IMG/VR virus record: IMGVR_UViG_3300031963_000269 | Coordinates: 1-46,028 of that record | DNA from: a virus | Taxonomy: Duplodnaviria > Caudoviricetes | DNA: 46,028 bases | Direction: 5' to 3' (one strand) | In this document: positions 1 through 8,448 of the stretch, one piece after another | Layout: every line of letters begins with the position of its first letter | How positions within the stretch are numbered: the stretch's first letter is position 1 | Notes under the pieces: model-generated | What the model was told of the DNA's origin: nothing | The model's input: the letters and a program-made list of their open reading frames with translations, nothing else | Databases searched by the model: none | Program-made: the position numbers and the translations under genes

Positions 1-759
1 ACCGTTCGCCCTGATCTTTGAGGTTGTGTCAACCGTTGTACCGACCAACAAATTATTTGTGGTTGGAGCAAAGCGGGCAACCTCATTGGCAATGAGCGTT
101 CCACCCTGAATGAACTTGATGATCTTGGCGGCAGTCTGCGTACCAATAATTAAGTTGCCACCATTGATGTAGTAGTAACCGTCATTGGGAAGAACCACGC
201 TGTGGGTTGGGTCATTGTGACCGCTACTGGCAACACCCATGTCAGAGTAATTGGTGGTGTCATTACCGTTGTCTGCGGTGATCACAAAGTCGGCAGATGC
301 CAATGTTCCGGCATTTAAATTCTGCAAACTAAATTGCGTGTAGTTGTTTAAATTGGTCAAGAACTGAGCAATTGACTGCGGAAGAATAGTTCCAGAGCCA
401 GCCGCCGCACCTTGGGTGTACAACGCCAATACACCAGTGGCATCCAAGTTGACAGACCTTGACGCAGGGTAAGTACAGAAAATTAATTTTGTACCGGCAG
501 TAAAACTGACTGCGGCTGTAGTGCCAAGGTAGTTGTCAAGAATGGTTGTGCGTACAAGGGTTGTTGTTCCGCTTAACGTGCCAATACCAACTTCCCATTC
601 GCCTGTGTTTGGGTTGACACAAGAATAGTAGGTTGTGTTGCCAACACCAATGCCAGAATTAAACGACTGAAAGTCAGTTAAAGCCCCGGCAAGAGTAAAA
701 GAACCCGTACCAGTGGTTACGGTGGTTTCTGATACTCGATCATTAAGAATTAAAGCCAT
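1..759 (-). CDS. Tail fiber/tail-associated protein, runs off the left edge
   Basis: Read manually: MALILNDRVSETTVTTGTGSFTLAGA...GEWEVGIGT..., Gly/Thr-rich, open to position 1, AGGAG RBS upstream; missing from the ORF track because its stop lies outside the window. Confidence 0.8.
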   Translation of the reverse strand, partial: MALILNDRVSETTVTTGTGSFTLAGALTDFQSFNSGIGVGNTTYYSCVNPNTGEWEVGIGTLSGTTTLVRTTILDNYLGTTAAVSFTAGTKLIFCTYPASRSVNLDATGVLALYTQGAAAGSGTILPQSIAQFLTNLNNYTQFSLQNLNAGTLASADFVITADNGNDTTNYSDMGVASSGHNDPTHSVVLPNDGYYYINGGNLIIGTQTAAKIIKFIQGGTLIANEVARFAPTTNNLLVGTTVDTTSKIRANG

Positions 760-771
760 GTGGCACTCCTA

Positions 772-1218
772 TTAGGCAATGCGAAGAACGGCATTTGATG
801 CATCGGCAGTTGGAAAGACGATTGTGAATGCGCTTGAAGATGAAGTCTTGTCACTGCCAAAGTCAAAGATTGCCACAGCATTCTTGCCAGCCGCAGTGAA
901 GTTGTAGATCATTGCGCCACGAGCAGTGATGGTTGATGCCGCCCATGTCACGTTTGAAAACGAGATAAAGGCTGTTGTGCCGCCTGATGTTGGCGGGGTT
1001 GAAATTGATAGCGCCTGTCCACCTGCCGTGTATCCGGGCGTTCCGGGTGGAACTTCACCTGCACTTGTGTAAGCTGTTGTGCCAGTACCAAGACTTGCTG
1101 TTGATAAATACAAAGCCATGTAGTACACATTTGGGCCGCCACTCAAAGAGCTGAAGTTTTGTTGGGCGCTCAAAATATCTACTTTGAAGCTTGTTGGGAT
1201 GCACTGAGTGATTGCCAT
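772..1218 (-). CDS. Putative virion structural protein (tail region)
   Basis: 148 aa, Ala/Ser/Thr/Gly-rich and beta-rich, GYTAGG and ITARGAMIYN motifs, GGAG RBS, in the tail operon. Confidence 0.7.
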   Translation of the reverse strand: MAITQCIPTSFKVDILSAQQNFSSLSGGPNVYYMALYLSTASLGTGTTAYTSAGEVPPGTPGYTAGGQALSISTPPTSGGTTAFISFSNVTWAASTITARGAMIYNFTAAGKNAVAIFDFGSDKTSSSSAFTIVFPTADASNAVLRIA

Positions 1219-1229
1219 AAAAATCTCCG

Positions 1230-1934
1230 TTAATTAACTGGGTTGTTTGCTTGACCGTTGCGGTACGCATCTTTTCGATCCATGCCATCACCCAGACGCT
1301 TAAGTTGTGCCAAAGCTTCATCGTATCGTTTCTGATACTGGGCAATTACATCTGGTTCACCCTTCATAAAAGTATACGCCTCTAAGAGTGATCCGTACAT
1401 GAGAACGCTCTCGAAATTTTCTCCGAGCCAAGAGGTTCCAGTAGATGCTGTAGTGATGGATTCTGGGTAGTAGTAGTAATGCAATTCAACCTTGTAGTCC
1501 GCATCTGGGCTTGGGCCAACAATCAGCGAAAGGTTGAATGGGCTGTTGAATGGTGCGCTTGAGTCAGTGCCGAACAAAGCGTAATACTGCGGCTCTGCGC
1601 CATACGCCGGGTCTGGATAAGTCTCACGAATAAAACTTACGTCCTTGGGTAACAAGAAGTGCTGTGGACTCATCACGCCGAGCGCAGGGGTAGTAAAGAC
1701 TGCCAATGAATAAACAGCCAGAAAATCAGGCGGCACACTCAGGTAGTGCTTACCAGAGGTAAGCGAGCCTTCCACATTCTTTTTGAACTGAGGCATCTGC
1801 ACCGTGTTGTAGATGCGAATCTCTGCATTTCTGATGAATGTGTTGACCTGAGTGGTCGAGGTCATGCCCAAGGTATCGGGGAACGAGTTCTCCGTGTAAC
1901 CTTTGATCGCAGTGACCAACTGACTGTAGTTCAT
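1230..1934 (-). CDS. Putative head-tail adaptor / tail tubular protein
   Basis: 234 aa; MNYSQLVTAIKGY...FIRNAEIRI...YGSLLEAYTFMK pattern of podophage adaptor proteins; position in operon. Confidence 0.65.
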   Translation of the reverse strand: MNYSQLVTAIKGYTENSFPDTLGMTSTTQVNTFIRNAEIRIYNTVQMPQFKKNVEGSLTSGKHYLSVPPDFLAVYSLAVFTTPALGVMSPQHFLLPKDVSFIRETYPDPAYGAEPQYYALFGTDSSAPFNSPFNLSLIVGPSPDADYKVELHYYYYPESITTASTGTSWLGENFESVLMYGSLLEAYTFMKGEPDVIAQYQKRYDEALAQLKRLGDGMDRKDAYRNGQANNPVN

Positions 1935-1945
1935 CGGGTTATCCC

Positions 1946-2221
1946 TTACGCCATTGGCCCACGAGCCATACGACCTTTGGTTGCCGCACCGCTACCACGG
2001 ACTTCAATGCCGCTGGTCTTGATGTCATCAGCATTGGGGTTTCCCAAGCTCACACGCATGGCGCTGGTACGGGGGCTTACCTTGTCAGCAGACAATGTGT
2101 TTGGGTCTGTGGCTTTGCTTTTCTGATTTATGTTCATGCTCTTCCCTTTCATGGTGTGAGGAGGCGCATACACAGATGCATCGCCAACCTCTTTGCCCAT
2201 CATTTTTTTGCTGAATCCCAT
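1946..2221 (-). CDS. Small basic protein, putative internal virion protein
   Basis: Lys/Met/Gly-rich, RGSGAATKG motif; start moved to ATG at 2221 just after the upstream stop. Confidence 0.7.
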   Translation of the reverse strand: MGFSKKMMGKEVGDASVYAPPHTMKGKSMNINQKSKATDPNTLSADKVSPRTSAMRVSLGNPNADDIKTSGIEVRGSGAATKGRMARGPMA

Positions 2222-2222
2222 A

Positions 2223-2411
2223 TCAGCCCCCACGACCAGAACGCTTCTGGTTCATTACACGAGCCATATTCCGACCAACAGCCTTCATGGCTTTGCCAGA
2301 AACGCCGTGTTTGGCTTTGCCGCCCACCATTGAAGGAACCTTTGGGCCGTCAATCCCAAGTTGTTTACCGACTGTTTTGCCTTTTTTGGCAACTCCGTCA
2401 AATCCAGCCAT
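2223..2411 (-). CDS. Small basic protein ending in RGG
   Basis: 62 aa, AAGGAG RBS, tightly packed in the operon. Confidence 0.7.
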   Translation of the reverse strand: MAGFDGVAKKGKTVGKQLGIDGPKVPSMVGGKAKHGVSGKAMKAVGRNMARVMNQKRSGRGG

Positions 2412-2422
2412 GATGTTTCTCC

Positions 2423-2848
2423 TTATACCTGTACTGTAACGCTGTTTAAACTTGCTGTGGCAATCAAATCATTGGGAGTTAACCCATTGTCATTTGCCCT
2501 AGCCCCTCCAATAGGATTCCAGCCCCACTGAAAAACTCTGCTACCACCATCTGGACTTCCGCCAGCCAACTGCTCAGTCCCGTTGCCGGGAATGACTTGC
2601 AAGCCGTTTAAACCTGACGAGTAGTAGCTTAGGTCTGGCCTTGGGTTGCGGACACCTTGCGGGTCGTTTACTGGATACATACCCAATTGCAACTGAGGCT
2701 GATCCGGCTCCCAGCATTCTGGGCAAACCAAGATATTTGCAATCTTGGTTTTGATCGTCAGTTTCTTCAACTGTTTCAACATATACCGCTGACCACAACG
2801 GTCGCATTCCGCAATGGAATACTTGCCAGAGGCAAACGGATTAGGCAT
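2423..2848 (-). CDS. Zn-ribbon (CxxC...CxxC) phage protein
   Basis: MPNPFASGKYSIAECDRCG...LVCPECWEPDQPQL; ATG at 2848 overlaps the end of the upstream gene. Confidence 0.75.
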   Translation of the reverse strand: MPNPFASGKYSIAECDRCGQRYMLKQLKKLTIKTKIANILVCPECWEPDQPQLQLGMYPVNDPQGVRNPRPDLSYYSSGLNGLQVIPGNGTEQLAGGSPDGGSRVFQWGWNPIGGARANDNGLTPNDLIATASLNSVTVQV

Positions 2849-3764
2849 AGAACAAATTCCTTGGAACGTATCTGTCTGAAGCTTTGTCTCGGTCTTCTGT
2901 CGAAGCAAGATACCACTGCTCCTCGTACTCACTCTTCAAGAAGTCACGAACATTCATGGCTTGAGGAATCTTTTGCGACAGGTAGAAGGCCAAGCCAGCC
3001 ACCATGCAGGGAATGAATCGAAATGGAATGTCTTGGTACACCTGACCAGAAGTGCCAGAATCTTGAATGCGGCGCAAGCGGTAGTACGCAAAAATATACG
3101 GGCCACCGCCGTCACCTGTTGGGTAGACATTGATGTTTGGTAGGTTTTGAACCGTCAAGCTTGCCCCGCTCAAATGAGATGCGGCAGTTGTTCCGTTTTG
3201 ACCACGAGCGCAGTTGATGAGTTGATTCCCATCCACAGATTGGTAGTAGATGGTTTCGTTGTCAATCAACACAAAGCCATTGGTCGTCAACTCGTAAATG
3301 TTGTTTACCGTGATGGTGGTGTCGGTTGCAGAGATTGTGCCGTTTAAAGTGGCTGTGGTGGCGTTGGACTGCCCTGATTGGCGGTTGATCCACACCTGAA
3401 TGGGTCTGCCCTGCGCCAGCTTGTTTGGAATCGTCATGTAGGTCGATTCGCTGATGCGGGTGATGTTGATGTCAGACTGTTGAGGTGTACCGTTTCCGGT
3501 ACGGGTTACCGTGTCCAAGAGGTCAATTGTGTCCACGGGGATGGGGTAGCAAGCCTGTCCAGTGACAATGGGTATGAAGCCTTGCTCAATTGTCCAAAGG
3601 TTGATGCCACGGTTTGCCCACTCAATGGTCATAATGTTTAACGACCGTCTAGCTGTCCTCATGTCATAGCCAGTCTTCATTTCCTGACCGCAACGCTCAT
3701 ACGCCTCTTCAATCAAATTGACGAGGTCAAGATTAAACGATGCTGATCCGCTGGTGGTAGACAT
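2841..3764 (-). CDS. Putative head-tail adaptor/connector protein
   Basis: 307 aa; IEEAYERCG...ARRSLN...EWANRGINLWT...CMVAGLAFYL pattern; internal beta-rich insert (RGQNGTTAASH). Confidence 0.65.
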   Translation of the reverse strand: MSTTSGSASFNLDLVNLIEEAYERCGQEMKTGYDMRTARRSLNIMTIEWANRGINLWTIEQGFIPIVTGQACYPIPVDTIDLLDTVTRTGNGTPQQSDINITRISESTYMTIPNKLAQGRPIQVWINRQSGQSNATTATLNGTISATDTTITVNNIYELTTNGFVLIDNETIYYQSVDGNQLINCARGQNGTTAASHLSGASLTVQNLPNINVYPTGDGGGPYIFAYYRLRRIQDSGTSGQVYQDIPFRFIPCMVAGLAFYLSQKIPQAMNVRDFLKSEYEEQWYLASTEDRDKASDRYVPRNLFYA

Positions 3765-3997
3765 TATCTAAATCCCGCTGTTTTCTTTGCAATACTCTTT
3801 GGCTGGGCAACAAATTGTTTCCCCGCCTTCTTTCCCGCCCTCTTTGCACGGGTTGTAGCGGCATACTCTGACGCTGACAATGATTTGATTGCCGCCTCTG
3901 GCAGATAGCGTTCGCCTGTTTTTGACGAAGGCTTTCCTGACTTGGTTCGCCATTTCTGGTCGCCCCAGTCTTTCAAAGACTTTTGTGGCGCTTTCAA
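3764..3997 (-). CDS. DUF5872-like protein, C-terminal half
   Basis: QKSLKDWGDQKWRTKSG...RYLP...GKQFVAQP; TTG start overlaps the upstream TGA. Confidence 0.65.
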   Translation of the reverse strand: MKAPQKSLKDWGDQKWRTKSGKPSSKTGERYLPEAAIKSLSASEYAATTRAKRAGKKAGKQFVAQPKSIAKKTAGFR

Positions 3998-4269
3998 TCT
4001 TTGTATCCCCCGCCAGCGGCTTTGTACTTCTTGGCAACAAGCTGTGCTTTACGGGCTGACCATTGACCAGCCCCAGTGCCTTGGGTTGCCGCCGCCTTGA
4101 CTTGAGAAACAATCCGTTTGCGCAAGCTGGGCTTGGTGTAATTACCTGCGGCGTTTACACCTCCACCCTCTTTGAACTGTTTAAACGCAGTGTCATCCCG
4201 CCGAGCTTTACGCTTGGCTACAGGCATCTTGGAGGGGGCTATTGCCCCCATTCCACGACTAGCAAGCAC
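3994..4269 (-). CDS. DUF5872-like protein, N-terminal half
   Basis: NYTKPSLRKRI...GQWSARKAQLVAKKYKAAGGGY motif. Confidence 0.7.
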   Translation of the reverse strand: MLASRGMGAIAPSKMPVAKRKARRDDTAFKQFKEGGGVNAAGNYTKPSLRKRIVSQVKAAATQGTGAGQWSARKAQLVAKKYKAAGGGYKD

Positions 4270-5329
4270 CTTTGCCTCCGTACATACCGCCAGACTTCAT
4301 CTTGGAGATCATGCCTTTGGTCTTGCCACGAATAGCACAACCATCTGCACGACTGGACGCTGAACTTACAGAACCGCCTTTGGCAAACTTTTTCACTGAG
4401 CCGCCTTTTTTGTAGCCAAAAGAAATATCCATTGCCTCGTCTGTCTCGTACTTGGATTTTGGCTTTGCCTTGGACGTTTTAGATGCTGGCTTTGCCTTGT
4501 CTGCGCCCGGTCTTGCATTCATTAAGGGGTCTTTGGCATCCCTCTTGTCTTGAGCGGCTTTCTTCTTGGCGGCGGCTTGAGCGGCACGGACAACCTGAGC
4601 CTCTTGAGCGGAAACTTTCTCCATCATTTTCGGCCCACCAGCCCAAGCCATAGGATTCGTTACAGCTTCTTTTCTGCCGGGCATAGCCACATTACGCACT
4701 TCTTCCATGTTCTTTAAACGCTGACCTGCGGCACTCAACTTGCCTTCGCCTTGCGAAGCTTTTGCCGCATTTCTGCCCATTGCAAACTCAGTGGCAACCT
4801 TTGAAGCTCCGCCAGTCATTGGAGTTAAAGCCGCCGCTGTGTTTGAAAGATTACGCATAACGCCTTCCTTTGAGGATGGGCTTGCGTAGTAGTCCTTTAT
4901 TGCGTCAAACATACCGTAATTTTTTTTGCGGTTCTCAGAACTTGCCACCGCTTCAGCAGATGGAGCTTGATATTTAAGTGACGATGCCGAGGGAACGCTT
5001 TTATCAACGGCGGGCATCCCACGACTCGTAGTGGCCTCCATGTTGCGCCGGTCTTCTTGTGACTTTTGAATTTTGTTTGCGGCTTTTACAAACTTGTTTT
5101 CTTTTGACTCTGGCAACTGAGTGTATTCAGGAGCAGAAGGACGCTCACCAGCCAAGGCACGGCGGACATCAGCATTGATGTTGTTCATATACGCAGAACC
5201 AGCATCACGATCCCGCATAGCCTTGCGGAAGATTTCTTCCCCCTCTCCCTCAACAAGGCTACCGTCAGTTTCGCCAGCGTAGCGTTTGATTTTGCCGCCG
5301 CCCTTGAATGTTTTCATTTTTTTAGCCAT
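4259..5329 (-). CDS. Basic low-complexity protein with repeated xKxGG motifs, putative internal virion protein
   Basis: 356 aa; FKGGG, YKKGG, FAKGG, MKSGG and SSASSRADGCAIRGKTKG. Confidence 0.75.
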   Translation of the reverse strand: MAKKMKTFKGGGKIKRYAGETDGSLVEGEGEEIFRKAMRDRDAGSAYMNNINADVRRALAGERPSAPEYTQLPESKENKFVKAANKIQKSQEDRRNMEATTSRGMPAVDKSVPSASSLKYQAPSAEAVASSENRKKNYGMFDAIKDYYASPSSKEGVMRNLSNTAAALTPMTGGASKVATEFAMGRNAAKASQGEGKLSAAGQRLKNMEEVRNVAMPGRKEAVTNPMAWAGGPKMMEKVSAQEAQVVRAAQAAAKKKAAQDKRDAKDPLMNARPGADKAKPASKTSKAKPKSKYETDEAMDISFGYKKGGSVKKFAKGGSVSSASSRADGCAIRGKTKGMISKMKSGGMYGGKGAC

Positions 5330-5338
5330 GATTTCCCT

Positions 5339-5875
5339 TTAACAGGCTTTGCCGCCCATGCTCATTTTGACCATCTTGCCTTTGGTGTGACCTTTGGCTT
5401 GAACTGTATGTTCACCGTGAGGGCGCTTGCCACCTGATGTGACTTTGCCCATTGGAGTGGCGATCATGCCACCTTTGGCAAACTTCATAGGGGCTTTGCC
5501 CATCATTTGCTTCTTGTCCATCATCATGTCTTTTTTAGAGCCTTCTTTAACGCCCTTCATTTCGACATCTTTCTTGGACTTCTCAAACGGCATCATTCCC
5601 TTTGGCATTCCGCCCTTTTTGAGTTTGGTGAGGTCAGTCTTCTTGCCGCCATGAGCTTGCTTGTCATGCATTGACAAAGCTTTTTTGACAATCTTTTTGT
5701 CTTGCTTGAGATTGGACTTCATGGAAGCGCCGCCTTCTTTGAATTTCTTGCCCATATCTGCTTTCATAAAATCTTCTCCAACTGATTGAGGAACTTTTAG
5801 CCGCTTTGCGGCTGACGGATTGTTGGCTACCAGAGCCATCAAATTGTGTTGCTTTTTACTTTGGCTGGGCATCAT
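5339..5875 (-). CDS. Lys/Met-rich basic protein with GG motifs
   Basis: 178 aa; MPSQSKKQHNLM N-terminus; FKEGG, LKKGG, FAKGG, MSMGG. Confidence 0.75.
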   Translation of the reverse strand: MMPSQSKKQHNLMALVANNPSAAKRLKVPQSVGEDFMKADMGKKFKEGGASMKSNLKQDKKIVKKALSMHDKQAHGGKKTDLTKLKKGGMPKGMMPFEKSKKDVEMKGVKEGSKKDMMMDKKQMMGKAPMKFAKGGMIATPMGKVTSGGKRPHGEHTVQAKGHTKGKMVKMSMGGKAC

Positions 5876-6111
5876 CTGCCGCCTTGAATAAGCTGGTCAA
5901 TTTTTTCTTCAAGGCGGTTAAAGCGTTGATCAATGTGGTCTGTAAGTCTTTGCACTTCTGCTTTAGTTGCTGTATCACGAGCGATTTCCTCACGAGTTAT
6001 GTTTAACAGGCGCTCAATGCGCTTTACATCTTCAAGCTTCTCACGAACAAAAAACCACAATGCACCAGTAACAAGAGACAAACCCAAAGACCAAATGGTG
6101 TTCATGTCCAT
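5872..6111 (-). CDS. Small membrane-anchored coiled-coil protein (possibly lysis-related)
   Basis: N-terminal hydrophobic helix IWSLGLSLVTGALWFFV followed by a heptad-rich tail. Confidence 0.65.
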   Translation of the reverse strand: MDMNTIWSLGLSLVTGALWFFVREKLEDVKRIERLLNITREEIARDTATKAEVQRLTDHIDQRFNRLEEKIDQLIQGGR

Positions 6112-6485
6112 TACACAAACCTACCCTTCGTCTTGCCTTTGATGGCACAGCCATCTGCGCGACTAGAGGCACTAGAGACTTTACCGCCTTTGGCTTTTTT
6201 AACGGAATTATTTAATGCTTTCTCGTACTCTGCACGAGCAGTTGTTCTTGCCGGGCCTTTATCCGGAAGACCTGATGGACGACCCGGTTCATACGCGCCC
6301 CTCTCACCCATTGTAAGAGGAATGTCATATGTGGCCATACCTTTCGGTTGTGACATTTTTGTAGCAATACCTGCTGATGCCCTGTATTGCTTGACGGCTT
6401 CGGCATTTTCTGGCGTTCCCGCCGGAAATCCAACATCAGCCATTCTTTTCTCAAGCGCCTCATAAGACATTTTATTTTTTGCCAT
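6111..6485 (-). CDS. Basic protein sharing the SSASSRADGCAIxGKTKG tail
   Basis: 124 aa; C-terminus nearly identical to a segment of 4259..5329. Confidence 0.75.
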   Translation of the reverse strand: MAKNKMSYEALEKRMADVGFPAGTPENAEAVKQYRASAGIATKMSQPKGMATYDIPLTMGERGAYEPGRPSGLPDKGPARTTARAEYEKALNNSVKKAKGGKVSSASSRADGCAIKGKTKGRFV

Positions 6486-6493
6486 TTTTTACC

Positions 6494-6739
6494 TCAACAC
6501 TTCCAAGCCCGAAGGCTTTTGTTAATCCTCGAATTTGGATCCTTGGCAGTTTTTTCGCTCGTCAATTTCTTCTTCATCCCTTCCATACGGGCGCAGAAGG
6601 AGTCGCGGCGTTTGCCGCCTTCTGGTTGTGGGCGCTTCAGATTCATCCCTTGAGCCTTCGCCGAAGCTCTCCCTTTGGCGTTTAAACCGCCCTTGGGATT
6701 CTTGCCCTCTGCTCTTTGCCATGCTGGGGATTTAGCCAT
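6494..6739 (-). CDS. DUF6321-like small basic phage protein
   Basis: GGLNAKGRAS...RRDSFCARM...SRINKSLRAWKC motif. Confidence 0.7.
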   Translation of the reverse strand: MAKSPAWQRAEGKNPKGGLNAKGRASAKAQGMNLKRPQPEGGKRRDSFCARMEGMKKKLTSEKTAKDPNSRINKSLRAWKC

Positions 6740-7484
6740 TGACCACCTTCTTTTCTTCCTCTATGGGGCGAAGCATTGGGTACAGGTAATCCTCGCCAAA
6801 AGAGCCTTCAAACTCATGGATGCCCATGTGTCCAAGCTTGATGGTGGGATCAATCCAAACCTCAAATCCAGCCTCTCTGGCACGGTCGCAGAAGGTGTAA
6901 TCCTCCCCAACGTAACCCTCTGGGGTGGACTTGAAATCAAAGAACGAATAAGACTTGCCGTCTTGGATACGGTCATCGATGTATGCCCACTCAGGATGTG
7001 CGTCCCGCAAGGTGGTGAAGACATCACGGCGGATGATCATAAAAGCTGTGGCAACCCGCAAGGCACGAACAAGACCCATTGGGTTCATTTGAACCTGACG
7101 GTCTTCATCAATATCCAGCGTAGAAATGTAGACCTTGCCTTTTTTACGAGCCACAGGAATACCAGCCACAATGCCTTTTTTGGGATCACTGTTCCAAGCC
7201 ATCAGACGGAAAACATCATCAGCATTGAAGGTGATGTCAGAGTCAATGAACATCAGGTCAGTGCAGTCAGACTCCAAGAAGTCATACGCAATCAAATTTC
7301 TGGCACGAGAAACAACGGAGCATCCAGAGACGTTGCCTACTTGGATTTGAACTCCGTGCTTCTGAGCTTCAACACAGAAATGGGCAAATGAGATTGCCCA
7401 CTTCGTTGCCACCTTGTAGTCATACGAAGGAATGCCGATCATTATTTTTCGACCAACCAAATTGAATGAGCCTTCTTGTTGCAT
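6732..7484 (-). CDS. Glycosyltransferase, GT-A fold (GT2-like)
   Basis: IMIGIPSY, SRARN, LMFIDSDI (DxD), TAFMIIRRDVF, GEDYTFC, IKLGH motifs. Confidence 0.85.
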   Translation of the reverse strand: MQQEGSFNLVGRKIMIGIPSYDYKVATKWAISFAHFCVEAQKHGVQIQVGNVSGCSVVSRARNLIAYDFLESDCTDLMFIDSDITFNADDVFRLMAWNSDPKKGIVAGIPVARKKGKVYISTLDIDEDRQVQMNPMGLVRALRVATAFMIIRRDVFTTLRDAHPEWAYIDDRIQDGKSYSFFDFKSTPEGYVGEDYTFCDRAREAGFEVWIDPTIKLGHMGIHEFEGSFGEDYLYPMLRPIEEEKKVVNG

Positions 7485-7487
7485 AAG

Positions 7488-7772
7488 TTAACCGTAGAAA
7501 ATAGTAACTGAATCGGCATCACCAATGTCGCAGTAAATGCTTGTTTTAAACAAAATTCCTTCACCGGGAATTTGAATATAAAGCCCTCCGGAATGATTGG
7601 AATCAATCTCCAGAATCACTGAACCTGTAGCGGTGGCGGCATCATAAAATTTAAGATGATCAAGAGGAGCGCCATCCGAAACATGAAACAGCACTCCTTT
7701 TAATCTGGCTCGACCAGCATACAGCAAGGCACTCACGTTTGAGTGGGCCGATCTAACATCCGTTTGCATCAT
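7488..7772 (-). CDS. Small beta-rich structural protein
   Basis: 94 aa; RARLKG...IPGEGILF...VTIFYG; follows the capsid genes. Confidence 0.65.
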   Translation of the reverse strand: MMQTDVRSAHSNVSALLYAGRARLKGVLFHVSDGAPLDHLKFYDAATATGSVILEIDSNHSGGLYIQIPGEGILFKTSIYCDIGDADSVTIFYG

Positions 7773-7788
7773 GGCTAATCCTTTCGAG

Positions 7789-7812
7789 AAAAAAAGGGGA
7801 GACTAGCTCCCC
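7789..7812 (-). terminator. Intrinsic terminator
   Basis: GGGGAG-CTAGT-CTCCCC hairpin followed by T7 on the minus strand. Confidence 0.8.
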
Positions 7813-7818
7813 GTCAGA

Positions 7819-8283
7819 TTAGTTTTGAGTGGCAGTTGGGTTTGCCGCACCATCTGAGTTGCGGACAGAATAAGTGATGATGATGGTTGCCGCACCAGTA
7901 GTCAATGCAGTTCCAGCCAAGGTGTAGGTAACGATGGCATCAGTTGAGCCAACATTGAGGAACAAGGCTGGTGTTGTTGCATTTGCAGTTAAGCTAATGC
8001 CGCCAACAGAGGTGATTGTTCCTGTGGTTGTGAAGTCTACAGCGCCAATACTTAGTTTGGCAGTTGTTGCCGCACTGAATACGGTAGTGGTGACAATTTT
8101 GATGTCGGTGATTTGAGCGCCAGCAGGAAGAACAAAAGCAGTTCCAGTTAAAGTGCCGAACACGACATTTGCGGACTGGCTAACTGTAGTAGCGCCCATG
8201 TTGCGAATTGTTCCGGAAGTTGTGCCGGTGGTGTTTTTGACAGTACCCAACAACCAAGGGCCAAGGTGAGTTGCGAATCCCAT
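7819..8283 (-). CDS. Putative capsid decoration/cement protein
   Basis: MGFATHLGPW...LPAGAQITDI; Thr/Ala-rich; AAGGA RBS supports a start at 8283 rather than 8301. Confidence 0.7.
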   Translation of the reverse strand: MGFATHLGPWLLGTVKNTTGTTSGTIRNMGATTVSQSANVVFGTLTGTAFVLPAGAQITDIKIVTTTVFSAATTAKLSIGAVDFTTTGTITSVGGISLTANATTPALFLNVGSTDAIVTYTLAGTALTTGAATIIITYSVRNSDGAANPTATQN

Positions 8284-8289
8284 AATAAT

Positions 8290-8360
8290 TCCTTTATGCA
8301 AAAGTGCCTACACCATCATTGCACTGTCCGCTGGGGCGGTTGATGTAGGTAAAAGCCCAG
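8290..8360 (-). ncRNA. Multi-pseudoknot cis RNA downstream of the gpT-like capsid gene (candidate Mu-gpT-DE-like motif)
   Basis: Interleaved pairings CUGGG/CCCAG, CCUACAUC/GGUGUAGG, CCG/CGG and UGCAA/UUGCA between a promoter and an RBS; family name suggested by location only. Confidence 0.55.
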
Positions 8361-8368
8361 ATACCTAG

Positions 8369-8397
8369 TTTATACACCACATTTAAACGCTGTACAA
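8369..8397 (-). promoter_or_regulatory. Sigma70-type promoter
   Basis: TTGTAC-17bp-TATAAA just downstream of the capsid terminator. Confidence 0.7.
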
Positions 8398-8408
8398 GGT
8401 TTAAACGC

Positions 8409-8435
8409 AAAAAAAAGGCCCCCGAAGGAGCCTTT
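8409..8435 (-). terminator. Intrinsic terminator after the major capsid gene
   Basis: AAAGGCTCC-TTCG-GGGGCC followed by T8. Confidence 0.9.
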
Positions 8436-8448
8436 CTTTCCAAGGGCA

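Noticed and set aside
2223-2411. C-terminal RGG as a ubiquitin-like modifier
   Set aside because: 62-aa low-complexity basic sequence with no beta-grasp pattern and no E1/E2/JAB genes nearby
6675-7391. Long antisense ORFs such as 6675..7391, 12134..12838 and 39001..39624 on the plus strand
   Set aside because: Shadow ORFs opposite well-supported genes, with no RBS or recognisable motifs
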